From positions 9,300,001-9,364,000 of the forward strand of contig CM102290.1 of the NCBI GenBank assembly GCA_046563655.1: a stretch of DNA of 64,000 nucleotides. Reading direction: 5' to 3'. Below are positions 24,870 through 37,200 of the stretch, piece by piece. The position numbers and the translations under genes are program-made. The notes below the pieces were generated by a model. It had not been told where the DNA came from. It saw nothing but the letters and a program-made list of their open reading frames with translations, and ran no database searches. The first letter of the stretch is position 1. Each line of letters opens with the position of its first letter. Origin of the DNA: Yuukianura sp. NJ FZ-2021 (lineage: Eukaryota).

Positions 24870-25370
24870 CAACTACGCTTTGCCCTCTCAATTTTCCCAA
24901 TCAGTACTTGGTGCAAAAATGGATAGGTAGTAGACTGCAACTTGCAGTTACCACGTTTAAAGGAAATTTTTTTACTCTGATGGAATGCAAAAAAAATGCA
25001 CGTTATACCCCACTGCGTTGCTGAAAGGAGGGCTCATGTGAATAATGTATTGGGTGCTTATTGGATGAATTACGGTAGAAAGCGTTGGGAAAAGAGGGAA
25101 GGTGGGTGCCGTGCTGAGACGCAATATGGGGAGATCTTTTCTCTCTCCTCTCATGATGCTGTTTGTGTTGTTGTGAATTGACAGATCAGCTGGAGGAAGG
25201 AATTCACAATAATAAAACTCCTACGTCTCCCATTCCTCCCTCCATTCCACTTCGCAAATCACAGCATAACAACATAACAGTAATCAAACACAAAGAAATA
25301 CCAACGTCGTACCATCAACAGCCTCTGTCAACGTCAACTATAGCACACAACCTAGTCCAGGTCAACCATC

Positions 25371-28304
25371 ATGACCTCAACGCCAAGGTCGCAGTTTGAA
25401 GACAACCTGTCGGGTAAATACACAACTCAGTAAAAACAATTATTTAAGGTTTATACCCATTCCAAATCATGTGGGAACGCACTTGGTATTTTGGTCATTC
25501 AATTGCCAGTGCAACGTATACTCCATACTTTCTAATGACAACATATTTTTCATGACAACTTTCCTTGTGACCTAAGCCAATCCCAAGTCTGATTTGACCT
25601 CGGAAGATTTCCCTGCAAATTGTCAATCTTATCATCTGTAATAATGTCATTTTGACTGATTCCTGGCCCAAACTGGGAAAGGTCAATTGTTGAACTAGGG
25701 GTCATTTTGGCATTTGGGATGAGATAATTGCAGGAAAGTTGCCATCTTCATTACGGGGAACGTTAAATGAAAAGTCAATCAGTGTTTATTAGTTGAGGTG
25801 GCATAATAATAGAACGAGCGGTTGCCCATAAACCACATTGGTTTCTGGGGTTTTATCATTTTCTAAAACTTTATTTGGCCTTCGACTATAATCCGCTAAT
25901 CAGTGTCTCTAAAGTTCAAAATTCTGAAACGTTTTTCGTAGAACGAGAATGACACGATTATTGGAAAAAGTGTATTTGAGGGGACATTTGACGTAGAATG
26001 CGTGAATTGTAAATCCAAGATTCGTCATCGGTTTTTTGCATGGGGAATCTGCGATTTGTAAGTTTCCCATTATCAGTCAACAGCACTTGAGATAAAAAAT
26101 TTGCAAAGGGAGGAAACCAGGAAAGGTTTTTAGGAGGAAGTAACTAAACAAATGGATATTTACACGTAAACTCTAAATTGAGACTTCTAGGACAAAATAT
26201 ATCAGTGGTTGGTTATTGTGGGATGGAGGGGGGGGGGGGCATTAATTAGTGATTCATATTGTTCTATTCCATTGTGCAATGGTTTCATCATGCCTCTGCC
26301 TTTTATAGGACATGAAAATAACATGCAGATAGCCAGTGTCAAAGAGATGGAGATGACTTAAGTGCCCTACTCATAAGTGTGCCCGACTAAAATATCAAAT
26401 TTCCTTCCTTTCTATTTGAACATGAGAACTTACCTAAAATAGTTCATGTGTAGAAACATTGGGCTTTGGCAGTCGGCTGGCACGTGGTTTGCACTAGATC
26501 TTTGGAACCCGTAACTCAGTAACTCTTCTTCGTCATCTCAAAATTTAGTTTTACTAACGTTCTTGTTATTACAGCATGCATGACTCAAACACGCTTGACA
26601 TCTTGTCAAAAATGCTTGGTGCAAGTTCTGTGCTAACTAGTTCTCATTGTAACTTTTTAGGTGAGCGGTGGAAGGAATTGAAGAGCATGATTAGTTTGTA
26701 AGTTTGTTCATTCACGTATCACGTTGACCCAGGACGGATTGCAAAGTCCTTGACTTTGACTGTTTAAACTGTAGGTAAACACATTGTAGAAGAACCGGTT
26801 GATCCTGGCGTAGTTGATCTTCTCATGAATGAAACATTTTTCCTTAGATGCGTTTTTTTTTCTTCGTATGAATTATTCCATTAAGTTCTTTTAAAAGCAC
26901 CTATACTAATCGCTCTGTGGCATGGAATGGGACGTTGATCTCTGAATTGGCAAAGGTCATTTCAACTCATTTTTCACATCCTTGTAGTATAAACCTTCCA
27001 AACTTCACTTTAGCCACTACAGAACAAGCACAACCTGTCCATAAGTGTAAACATATAGTAAGATAATGTGTATGTACATAACATTGGGGACTCATACTTC
27101 TTAGCTATGGTTAGATTATGGTGCTAGCTTGTTCGTAATAACTAAAATCTACGAATCACACAGAATCTACTCATACTACGTTCCTACCTTACTCTGCGTT
27201 TCACGTGCTCTATTTGTTTTTGACTGACGTCAAAGCGTGAGATCATTTTTCTGGAATTTTTTTTTTAAATTTCACTTATTGCGAAGTTAATTGTAAAATC
27301 ATGTAGATGCAATCCGACAGTCAACTAAGATTATGAAATGTAACGGAACTTTTTTTTTTGCTTGCAGAATCGTGGGTGGAGCTGAGTATCAGCCCGGGAC
27401 GTTTGACGCCGGTAGCCGTGAGCACCGTGAGCCTCGTAAATGGAACGCAGCAGATGAGTCAATCCGCCTATGCACTGACGATGGCGGGAGAAGAGTACTT
27501 GCGCATGCTCAGAGATGCGCAGCGGGAAAGTAACCATTCCTCGGCAATCGTTTCTTTGGCATCGTCTCGCCGGGACAGCCGAAATGAATCGTACGTGTCC
27601 ATGGATGTTTATTACTTCTGTGTCATTTGAAATGTAGTTGTAATCATCAAATCTATTCTTTTAGGCCAAAGTCCCCTCCCAATACACCAACCAACACGGA
27701 ATTGTCGAACGGCGAGGACGAACTCCAGGGCATTTTTATAAATAAGGTTAGTTGAGTTCGCTTAAATCTGTACTGTGGTCATGTTTTTTGCTTACTTAGT
27801 CTGGTGTCGATAATTTTGAAATTTGTTATGCAGGAAGCGGAGAATGCTAAAGAAAAGGATTGGGTTTTGGATTACTTGACGACACAATGCGAACCCAAGA
27901 AATATGACGGGTAAGTAACTTTCCATTTCATGGCTTAAGTACTAGTTACTAGTTGGGGGTGCTTCGAATTAATTGTGTTTTCATATAATTCTAGATTGAA
28001 GCCAAAATTGAGAATCACGAGTAAGGCCAATCTCAGCTTAAGAACCACCAAGTTTGCTGGAAAGAGTTTATTTTCCAAGGAAGTAATGTACACGCTCTTC
28101 GTCTCAAACTTCCTGTCTCTCATCATTGGAGCTGGAATTGGGTAGGTCCTTTCATTGTGCACAGAAAAGAATTGTTTCCATTAACATCTTTCTTGACACA
28201 CTTCTGGAGATATTCGAATCATAAGCAATGCCTATTTTGTCATTTTCAGACTTTGGCTTAGCAAGCGCTCCTCTGCTGTAATTTCCCAGTTCCCATTGAA
28301 TTGA
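25371..28304 (+). CDS. BNIP3: BNIP3/NIX-family mitophagy receptor
   Basis: Exons 25371-25413, 27368-27590, 27665-27746, 27834-27910, 27995-28141, 28250-28304. The protein starts MTSTPRSQFEDNLSESWVEL (LIR motif WVEL) and contains EEYLRMLRDAQRES and SPKSPPN. The C-terminal TM segment LFSKEVMYTLFVSNFLSLIIGAGIGLWLSKR carries GxxxG. Confidence 0.92.
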
Positions 28305-30856
28305 TCAAGACTTGGGCAGAAGCGGAAAGAGGCATCTAAGCAAGACATTTCCTTTTGCATATTTAACGATCGAATTCAATGACGACTGGAGGTGGTGTCG
28401 CTCTAAGTTTTAATCAACGTTCTCAGCGGTTTAGTTGAATTGAGAATTGATGGGTTCCGATTAATTTTATTCATTAGAACGTGTAGGTTTTAAAAACTTT
28501 CGGTGGTTGCTAAAGTTAACTAGACGATGTAATTCACTTTGAAGCGTCTAAATGCAATTTTCAAGTTAATAATTTCCTAAGGTAGATGTAAGTCAGTTTG
28601 TTACTGTTAGTTATCGTTCTTAAATGTATTAATAGTTGTAAACTATGCGTTCTAATGTAGGCATGACCCTCTTTTAACTTCCTCGGGAAAATTAGTTAGG
28701 TAAGGTGTCAAGTCTGCTGGACCGTGTAACATGTTTGGACCATTGTATGTAACGGATTTCGAAATCTCCATTTTATCATATCCATTGCGCAGTAGATCAA
28801 GCGAAACTTTCGTACTTGTCGACTCGTTGTTCGTTACTATTTTTTCACTTTTGGGTGCAAGCAGGATTTAATAATTTTGCTACCGATCATGATGATACCG
28901 TACTGCTGGAAGGGAGGTTCTTACTTAAATGGTAAATTAAGGGATTTTGGATTTAACAGAGGTTTACAATATTGTTTGGTGAAGTGTAACTCGCGTCCCT
29001 GGTGTTTACACTGGCAGAATTTCTCATAACTAATTTTAGATTTGCTTTTTGTAATAAAGTAGATATCGTACTAGTACTGATTCAACATTAGTACTTTTTC
29101 GTAGTTTCAGTATTTAAGTTGAGTCATTTCTTTTAGTTGTAGTTTCAATACTGAACGAAGTACCAATTACTTACTGTTTTACTCCAAAAAAAAACTACGA
29201 GTGGACGGACAATGTTGTGCTGAGGGAGGAATGTAGCACTGGTTTTTCGGTAGAATTTTTATTTCTAGTATTTATTACGTTAAGTGCATTAGAAATTTTG
29301 AATAAGTTTTGGTATTTTCTGACGTGAATTTCTAATGTTAATTCGAAGATTTGAAATTTGGAGGCCAATTTGCCATGTTATTGTTTGTTTGCAGCTACTT
29401 TGTTGAGATTGGTGGATGGCGAAGTGGCGTGTTGCTTGTCTTACCTGTGATTGGCTGTAAATTATTTGACAACAACACGCCTGAGCGTGAGCGGCGTTAC
29501 AAACTTTCTCTCAAGAAAGTGAAAACAGGCGTATGCGTGCGTACCTCATGTACTTTCAAGTTTCACAGTTTACAACAACAGCTGACGATCTTCTACATTG
29601 TAAGTCTCGTACTTTAGTGCTTTCTGGTTGGTTTTATCACAATTTGTGATTTACGAATCCTGGATCGAATGATCATGGTCACGGGTCGTTGTCCAAGAAT
29701 CTGACACATGCTTGTCACAAATCGTGTTAGACAAGAGGTTCAGAGTTCAACTAGCTGAACGGTAAGTGATTAGAAGATAAGCAATGAAGGCAAATGTAAA
29801 TTACATCTTTACACAACTATTGCACGTATTGTGAGTGATTGTGAATTCAAACGTTCTAAAAAAGTTACGTTTTCTTTGGTATTCATTTTCCAGTGTCATC
29901 CATTGATTGATTGTTCCTGTGAAATTTATACTGAGACATTATGTACAACGGAATCGTTGACTAAATGGACGGATACAAGCGCAGAAGAATCGACAAATGT
30001 GTGAGTAATAGTGGCGATTAAGTTTATAATGTTTATAAACTATTAATTTTATTGCTTACTACTATTTGGAGAATGAATCAGCGTATTTTCACTTGAGAGT
30101 AATGAAACATTGTGGGAAGCTTAGGTACAACGTTAACTTCCAGTTTCCAGATGGGTTCAGATACTTTAATTCAAAAGTACATCCACGTTACCCAAATCCC
30201 AATGTCAATGCGAATTTAGTTTGCAACTGAATTTAAAAGCGTTTGTTAATCTTTAGCTCGTGTAACTTTTTTCATTACAGTCACGAAGTAATGGGCTGTC
30301 AAATTATTCAGTGTTTATTTACTACTTCAACTTCTCATGACAAGTCGGTACTTTAATGACTTTAACGAGTAGGACATGGGAAGATTACTCTGCACGCTGG
30401 AGATTACAACACACTTCAATTCAGTTTAACATGTTACTATCCTCACCGCAATTTGCCTTATTTGAGCTAGGATAGGCTAACTTATTATTTAGAACTGTAC
30501 AAACACGCACGGGACGGGAGTAGTGATATGGATGTAAAAAAAAATTTGGTGTAATGATGTTGATGACGATGGAATGAGATTTCAATTGCAATTCTCACGA
30601 ATCTGTGGATTCAACAGTTGTAGGCCTTGTACGCCTTGTCCATGAGATCGTAGCCAAGAAACAAGGATACACATTAGACGTAACAAGAAGTTGACCATGA
30701 GCTAGGTCTGCTCTAGGCTATGTAAATGTATTCCAGCCGTGTTCTTTCTCTTTTAGTTCTCAAACGTTAAGACCTAAACCACTTCATTCCACTTGATGTC
30801 ATTCTTCCAGTGAGGTCGGAAGGAAGCGGATCATCACAGCAGCACAACCTATTATC

Positions 30857-32677
30857 ATGTCAAATTGTTCGACAAACGGTCAAACAGTTACGCATGACTG
30901 CTGTCAGGATGGCAGTGGAGACGCTGTCACATCGACTAACAACATTCCACGCCAAATTCGTACAGGCTTTCACTCTCATTCCATGAAATACTTTAGAGGT
31001 AGATCATTTCAACCAGCTAAAAGAATTTTGTTGGTTGACGCAGCCATGCCATGGTTCGGAATGGACATTGGGTGAGTTCACTTATTCGACTTTCTAAAAC
31101 TTCATTTTAACTCAATGTTTTCAATCATTTGGAATCCAATTGCAGGGGAACCTTGACGAAACTGGTTTACTTTGAACCAACTGATATCACTCCGGATGAA
31201 GAAGACATGGAAGTTGAAACGCTGAAAAATATTAGGCGATACCTTACGAACAACTCAGCCTATGGAAACACAGGCAGACGTGACACTCATCTACAGGTTT
31301 AGAGAATCCAATATTAATGTCGTTAGTAACACTTCATCGAATTGTATGGAATTGTGTAGTAACACTAATGTTCTGCCCACAGATGGACGATGTTTTCATC
31401 GGCGGAAGAGTAGGAACGCTTCATTTCATTCGGTTTCCGACATCAGAAATGGCCAATTTCCTTGTTCTTGCCAAATCCAAAGGCATGGCTACATTATCCA
31501 GCACAGTTTGTGCAACGGGTGGAGGGGCTTACAAGTTTGAAGATCAATTTCTACAGGTAGACGCATTCTTTTACTTCAGAAATCAATGTTTTCATAATTC
31601 TGTAATTTTGGTAGGAGGTTAATCTCAAGCTGCACAAGTTTGACGAGTTGGATTCGACAATTCATGGCCTTGAATTTATAGACGCGCACAACGAAAGCGA
31701 GTGTTTTTACTGGAAAAACGCAAAAGATGAGGAGCGGTGTGAAAAAGTACCTTTTGATTTCAGTGATCCATATCCTTTCATGGTAAAGTTAGCAAATACA
31801 AATAACAAATTTCACAAATCTCAACAACATGTTTTTTCCGAAAGGTTGTGAACGTCGGATCTGGTGTAAGTATGTTGACTGTGACAGGACCCGGGCAGTA
31901 TCGCCGTGTGACCGGAACCAGGTAAGGATTGACGCAAAGGCTTCAACGTAAAACGATTTGATCTACGTTACATTTTTTTTTGTTTTTCAGCTTGGGCGGA
32001 GGGACATTTCTTGGACTTTGTTGCCTTCTGACGGGTTGTACCACGTTTGAAGAAGCCATTGACCTCGCAACTAAAGGCGACAACACTTCCGTGGACAAAC
32101 TCGTTCGCGATATTTACGGTGGGGATTATTCAAAGTTTGGCCTCAATGGGGATTTAGTGGCTTCCAGGTTAGGCTTGCGATATTGTTAAAAATATTTACA
32201 GTGGTTTGTATTAAAATTATGGGTTAATTTTTAGTTTTGGGCAAATGAATTCACTCGAGAGAAGAGCATCAGTTTCAAAAGAGGACTTGGCTAGAGCTAC
32301 TCTCATCACGATTACAAACAACATCGGTTCTATTGCTCGAATGTGTGCAGTTAATGAAGGGATTTCAAGGGTGAGTTTTGAATTCAAATTAACCAATTTT
32401 GATTTATCCTTAACTTTATAAAATTAAATCTTGACAGGTTGTGTTTATTGGAAACTTTCTACGAGTAAATACAATTTCAATGAAGCTTCTTTCTTACGCC
32501 ATGGACTACTGGTCCAGCGGAAGCCTCAAAGCTTTATTCCTTCAGCACGAAGTAAGACTTTGCTAAAAACAGAATTATCAACCTAAAGTACTCTGCTCCA
32601 TATTAACTCCAGACTATTTATTACAGGGCTATTTTGGAGCAGTAGGATGTTTGCTGGAACTGATGCGAAATGCCTAA
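30857..32677 (+). CDS. fbl: Type II pantothenate kinase (fumble/PANK1-3 ortholog)
   Basis: Exons 30857-30959, 31044-31071, 31146-31296, 31383-31556, 31615-31782, 31845-31921, 31991-32167, 32235-32370, 32438-32551, 32627-32677. Motifs [70 protein letters not shown] and HEGYFGAVG. The start is uncertain because candidate upstream exons lie at ~29580-30000. Confidence 0.96.
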
Positions 32678-34034
32678 CTTTAAGCGCCAATACTCAAGTC
32701 AACTATTTTTACATTGGACATTTAGCTGTTTGTTATTAGTAGTTAGAGCGACATTAGGGTATGGCTGTGATAGTTCTAGAATTTAGAAGAGACTGGAAGC
32801 CAGACTGGGACATGTCGCATGTTTCCGTTTCGCACTCCGGTTGTTTGTGACTCTCATCGCTCGAGCACAATTGCTGGTCGGAGTGGAGCGCTTCCGCCCA
32901 AGAATGTCTTCGTACCATAAATTCCAAAACGAAACAATGGTACTAAACCTTATTATTGTCATTATTATTATTTTTCGCTAACAGAGCAACTCCTAAATAA
33001 AGAGGCCTGGAAACTCGCGGTCATCAAGTCTAAATGCTGCATCTCTCCCAGTAACACCAATTGGATGTTTAGGAACGGAGCGTTTTGGGGGTCTTGCGAA
33101 TTGGTCGTTGTACTCTCCACCACCACATCTTGAGTGAATTTATTTAAAATTCCATTCTGTCTATGAAGAAGTTGGAATTTTCCACATTGGGTTCCCAGTA
33201 CCTTGGTCCTGAATGTTTGATGAAGTGCGGGAGACGGGAGAAAGTAAAAGCGACGGCTCCCGGGTGAGATTCGTTTGAAAATTTAGGGTATAAAGGTTGT
33301 GTTGAATTGTAAGCGAAGGGAGATGATGAGCCTCTTCAGGAGAGGCCTTCTAATCCCTCCCTATCAATTATGGATCCACTGAATCAGGACGAACGAATGA
33401 GGCAATCATCAACTACACTTTCACCGTTCAAATTCACCGCCGCGGCGCCCAAATGCACAAGACCTAAGCTTCGGGTTTTTCGACATATTGAACATAGCGG
33501 CCGTCTAGTAGCAGCGTGAGTCGCTTTTTCTCTTTCCCCGTGTTCATTCAATTCCAATCTCATACGGAATAGTAAATGATCATTTTTTTAAATTGAACTT
33601 ATCCTAATCTATCTTCAACCAAAATATTTTCAATATTTTCAGAGACCTTGGACAAAATTGGCAGCTAATTCAATTTCAGAGGATTGCTGTAATCAGTTCC
33701 TAATCCAGTTCATAGGTGAAGTACTTTTTCATTCCTGATTCATTTGTAGGTGAAAGCAGTATTAAGAGTTGGCACTTAAAGTGGTGACGATTAGAAGTTG
33801 AGCAGGCAATTGTGTTGGATTTAGTTCGAGAAAAGTAGAAATTGTTTGTGAAGGTCTTTTTGACAGCGTGATTGAGCTGTGAAGATTTTAATTGGATTTG
33901 GGGTGTGAGAAGGTGACGTGGATTTGGCATTAGAGGAATTAAGGGCTCAAGCGTAAGGCTCCTGTTCCAGTAGGAACCTTAGGCTGGAAGGCAGTCCTAC
34001 TTGTAATTTGAAATGCCTCGGATCCCGGCTCCTA

Positions 34035-34283
34035 CGGTTCCATACCATCGCTTCGAATAGAAATGTTGCGAATTGAATTGTTTCGAAATATAATTGCTTC
34101 GAAACGCTCATTTCTATGCCTAAACCTAATTTATTGTAACCTAAAATAACCTAAACTAGTCTAATCTTATCCAAATTAACCTAATCCAAGTGTTAAACCC
34201 TAAACTATTTTTGTTTCGAAACAAATATTTTTCGAAACAATTCGCATTCGAAACAAACTTTTCGAAAGGAATTCGTGCTCCCG
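34035..34283. mobile_element. Short non-autonomous element, CGG...CCG termini, candidate 6-bp target-site duplication
   Basis: CTCCTA occurs immediately left (34029-34034) and right (34284-34289). The interior has seven TTCGAA palindromes clustered toward both ends around a degenerate AACCTAA-rich core. Confidence 0.55.
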
Positions 34284-37200
34284 CTCCTACCACATTTCCA
34301 GTGCTAGTGAGAAGCTATCCGCGGAGTTGGGTGGGGAGAAGGGGGTTCTGAGTGAGTGAGAATCGGATTTTCGGGAGACACGCTGGAAGTCGTGGGTCTA
34401 AGTGGACTGGAGGAATTCCTAATTGGGTTCCCTCTCTTCTTAATTGCCTCTTAATTAGGTGGGATCTTTAGGACGGGGGAGGGGGGCTAATCTCCTCCCA
34501 TCGCAAAATGGCTCCCACTTTCAAATTCAAATTTACCCGCTACTGCTAAGAACTTGGTCTTGGTCCTTTCCTAGGCTCAAACTCAACACACAACGAAATT
34601 TCAAATCCTCAGACTTTCTCTTTTCTCTACTTCTCTAGAATTGCGTTAGAAAAGAATAGACTAAAATGTAAATTATTTATACTATTTCGTATAAAAACGC
34701 ATGAAATTAATAATTTCTAGTTTTAGCGTAAAAGCAGTGAAAGTAAAAAGTTTGGTCTTTAAATGAAATTATTTCCTTTTGAAGATTTTTGAAATCATTT
34801 CTCCTTTTCATTTTTAATAATATTCAATAGTTTTCCAACAGAGAATTTTTTCCTAAATGGTCCAATCCATTTTTTTTACTTGACCTAGACTTATTGTAGC
34901 TTATTGTGTGCGAAGAATTCAAAAATTTAAACTTTCACTTACAAAAACCATCAGCTAATAATGTAAATCTTTCATTCTTTACTAATTAACTTTAGTAAAC
35001 AGAGTAGATTCAATGCATTTTCATGTGACAGTCACGCCAATGCCACTCATGTTTTTTAAGCTTTCCCTCCTTATTTTCTAAATTAAAATTTAGAAAAGAT
35101 TAGAAGAAAGAAAATTCTAAGTTAAATTAAAAAGCACCACAAAGATTATTAACACGAATTGTTTTTCCCCAGTGTTTGTGTGGTGCTCCGGCTTTCCAGC
35201 GTCACTACGCGTTTCTTTTTAAGTATTCAAATGGAAGTGTAAGTCCCATTGTTGGATTACTGGATGGTGAGTACTTCTCCACATGTTGTTGGTTGATCAA
35301 TCCTGGATGATGCCCTCTGCTTTCTCCGCCTTCACTTCCAGAAATATTCAGTTCCAGGATATTCTTCACACTTTTCCAGATTTGAACTTTATATTCCCTC
35401 CCTACACCTCACTTTCTCAATTCCAAGCCCCCCTGCCCCCTACACGTCTCCCTCCCCTCCGTCTGCGTCTTTTCCCAAGAAGATTTCTTTTTTTCTTTAC
35501 ATAATCGTCAAAAGTCTATTGAAAGAATGGAGTCCCTATTCCCTTATTTTTACCTAATGGATTCCCTTATTCCCGGGCTTTTAAATGGATTTTCCTGAGT
35601 GCTGTTTGTTTTCTCCTTGGCTTGAGGCGTCAAGGCTCAATTCCAGGCTCCTTACTCTTTTTTTATTTTTCTGAATCTGAATTGAGGCAGTAGGGAAAGT
35701 TTAGAGAAAGTAAGGTGAAAGCGGGATCTTTCTTCCTCTGAGCTGTCTTTACAAGGCTAATTAAACGTGGGTTCTCCTAATTTGCGTTTCAAGACAAATT
35801 GGTGGAATTATTCAGGAGAGGAGGAAGTTTCCTTGGTTGCGGTTGAGTCTGATCTGGGAAGCTGGAGTACTTGGAAGCTTTTTGGAGAGTGGATGGTGAT
35901 GCTGCTGTGCTGGCTGACATTCCCGTTCCAGTTGCCAAGGGAGAAGAGGGCGGATAACCCGCGAGGTTTGACTCGCTCCTGGTTCCATTTTCCGCTTGAG
36001 AAACTCCACAGAACTTTATCTCCTTCCAAATGGAAGGGAAAGGGAGGGGCGGTGGGAGAAAGTTTGGCCTTCTAATTAACTTCACTTTACACAACCTAGC
36101 GTTGGAGTTTTTTTTTTAAAGTATTTTTAAAAACTCAGAAACATTTTCAATAGAACCAAAAGTCCATGGATACAGACCAATTATCTCTGCAGTAGCAATT
36201 ATTTCTTGATACGAAATCATCATCTAAGCATTCAGATTTTTTTTATCTCTCAAATGGAAACATTCCTTCAGTTTTTAGTCGCAATACTTCATCATTTCAG
36301 TGTTTAAATTTTGTATAAACTCTTGGAATAAAAAAGAGCCTGATTTTGTTTTATAATCCCTATCTTACCTAAAGACAAAATTCTGAAAACGTAGCAAAAA
36401 TTCTGTTTTTTTTTTGTTATTTTGGAAAACAACAAACACTGTGAAATTTTAGTTTTCATGCAACTGTAAGTAGCTTTTAAAGTTTCCCACTTCAGTTTAT
36501 GAATTGCTTGTTCCAGAAGAACTTGTAATAGGCTACCTAATTAGGGTCCCTGGTTTCTCGTGTAGCTTCTCAGCTTTCCTTTTTAGCTTTGGCGAGAAAA
36601 TGGAGAAAGGCCTTTTATATTGTCTTTGGAATTACTTTTCGTCTGGGGACAGATGAGAAAGCGGGCGGAGAAAGCGAGCGAGGGAAAATTTGAAATGGGA
36701 ATGGAATGATGATGATCTGATTTGAACAGGATACGGAAAGAATCCCACCAAAAAAAAACTTTCTAGTTTCATGATTTCTCCCAAGGGGTCACTCTCATCA
36801 CCCCTCGTCCCCACCCTCACCACTTCTCCCCCCACTTCCGACACTGGGCAACAAAAAACTGAAATGTCGCCGTAGCTACGACAGAAATTAGGGAAAGGCG
36901 GATAAGGTTTAATTCATGGACTATCTCTAAAGCATAGCCTAACCTCTCATGCTTTCGCAGCCTCCTCCTCTCTCGGGTGCTAAAATGTCTACAAGTCTCT
37001 TCACTAATTACGACTTTGTCTTAATTGCCCTTCTCATATTAACAAAATAGTTTATGCCAAATTCAAAACTTCCCTCGTCTCAGATTTCTTTTCAGCCGTT
37101 TATTCCTTGACGCTTTTATTTCTTGAACCTAACCTAAGTGCTTAAATTTCCTTCCAGCCTCTCTCAAAAAAAAAGTGAGGGTGGTGGGGCTGACTGGGTG

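Noticed and set aside
29351..29617. 88-aa ORF upstream of PanK
   Set aside because: It starts at TTG and overlaps ATTGG (CCAAT) boxes of the likely PanK promoter; no coding signature.
30857..32677. Intronic miR-103/107 as in vertebrate PANK genes
   Set aside because: The introns are only ~60-90 nt and AT-rich, with no hairpin or AGCAGCAUUG-like sequence seen.
34120..34205. Interstitial (TTAGG)n telomere
   Set aside because: Only scattered degenerate AACCT units inside a small insertion, not a tandem array.
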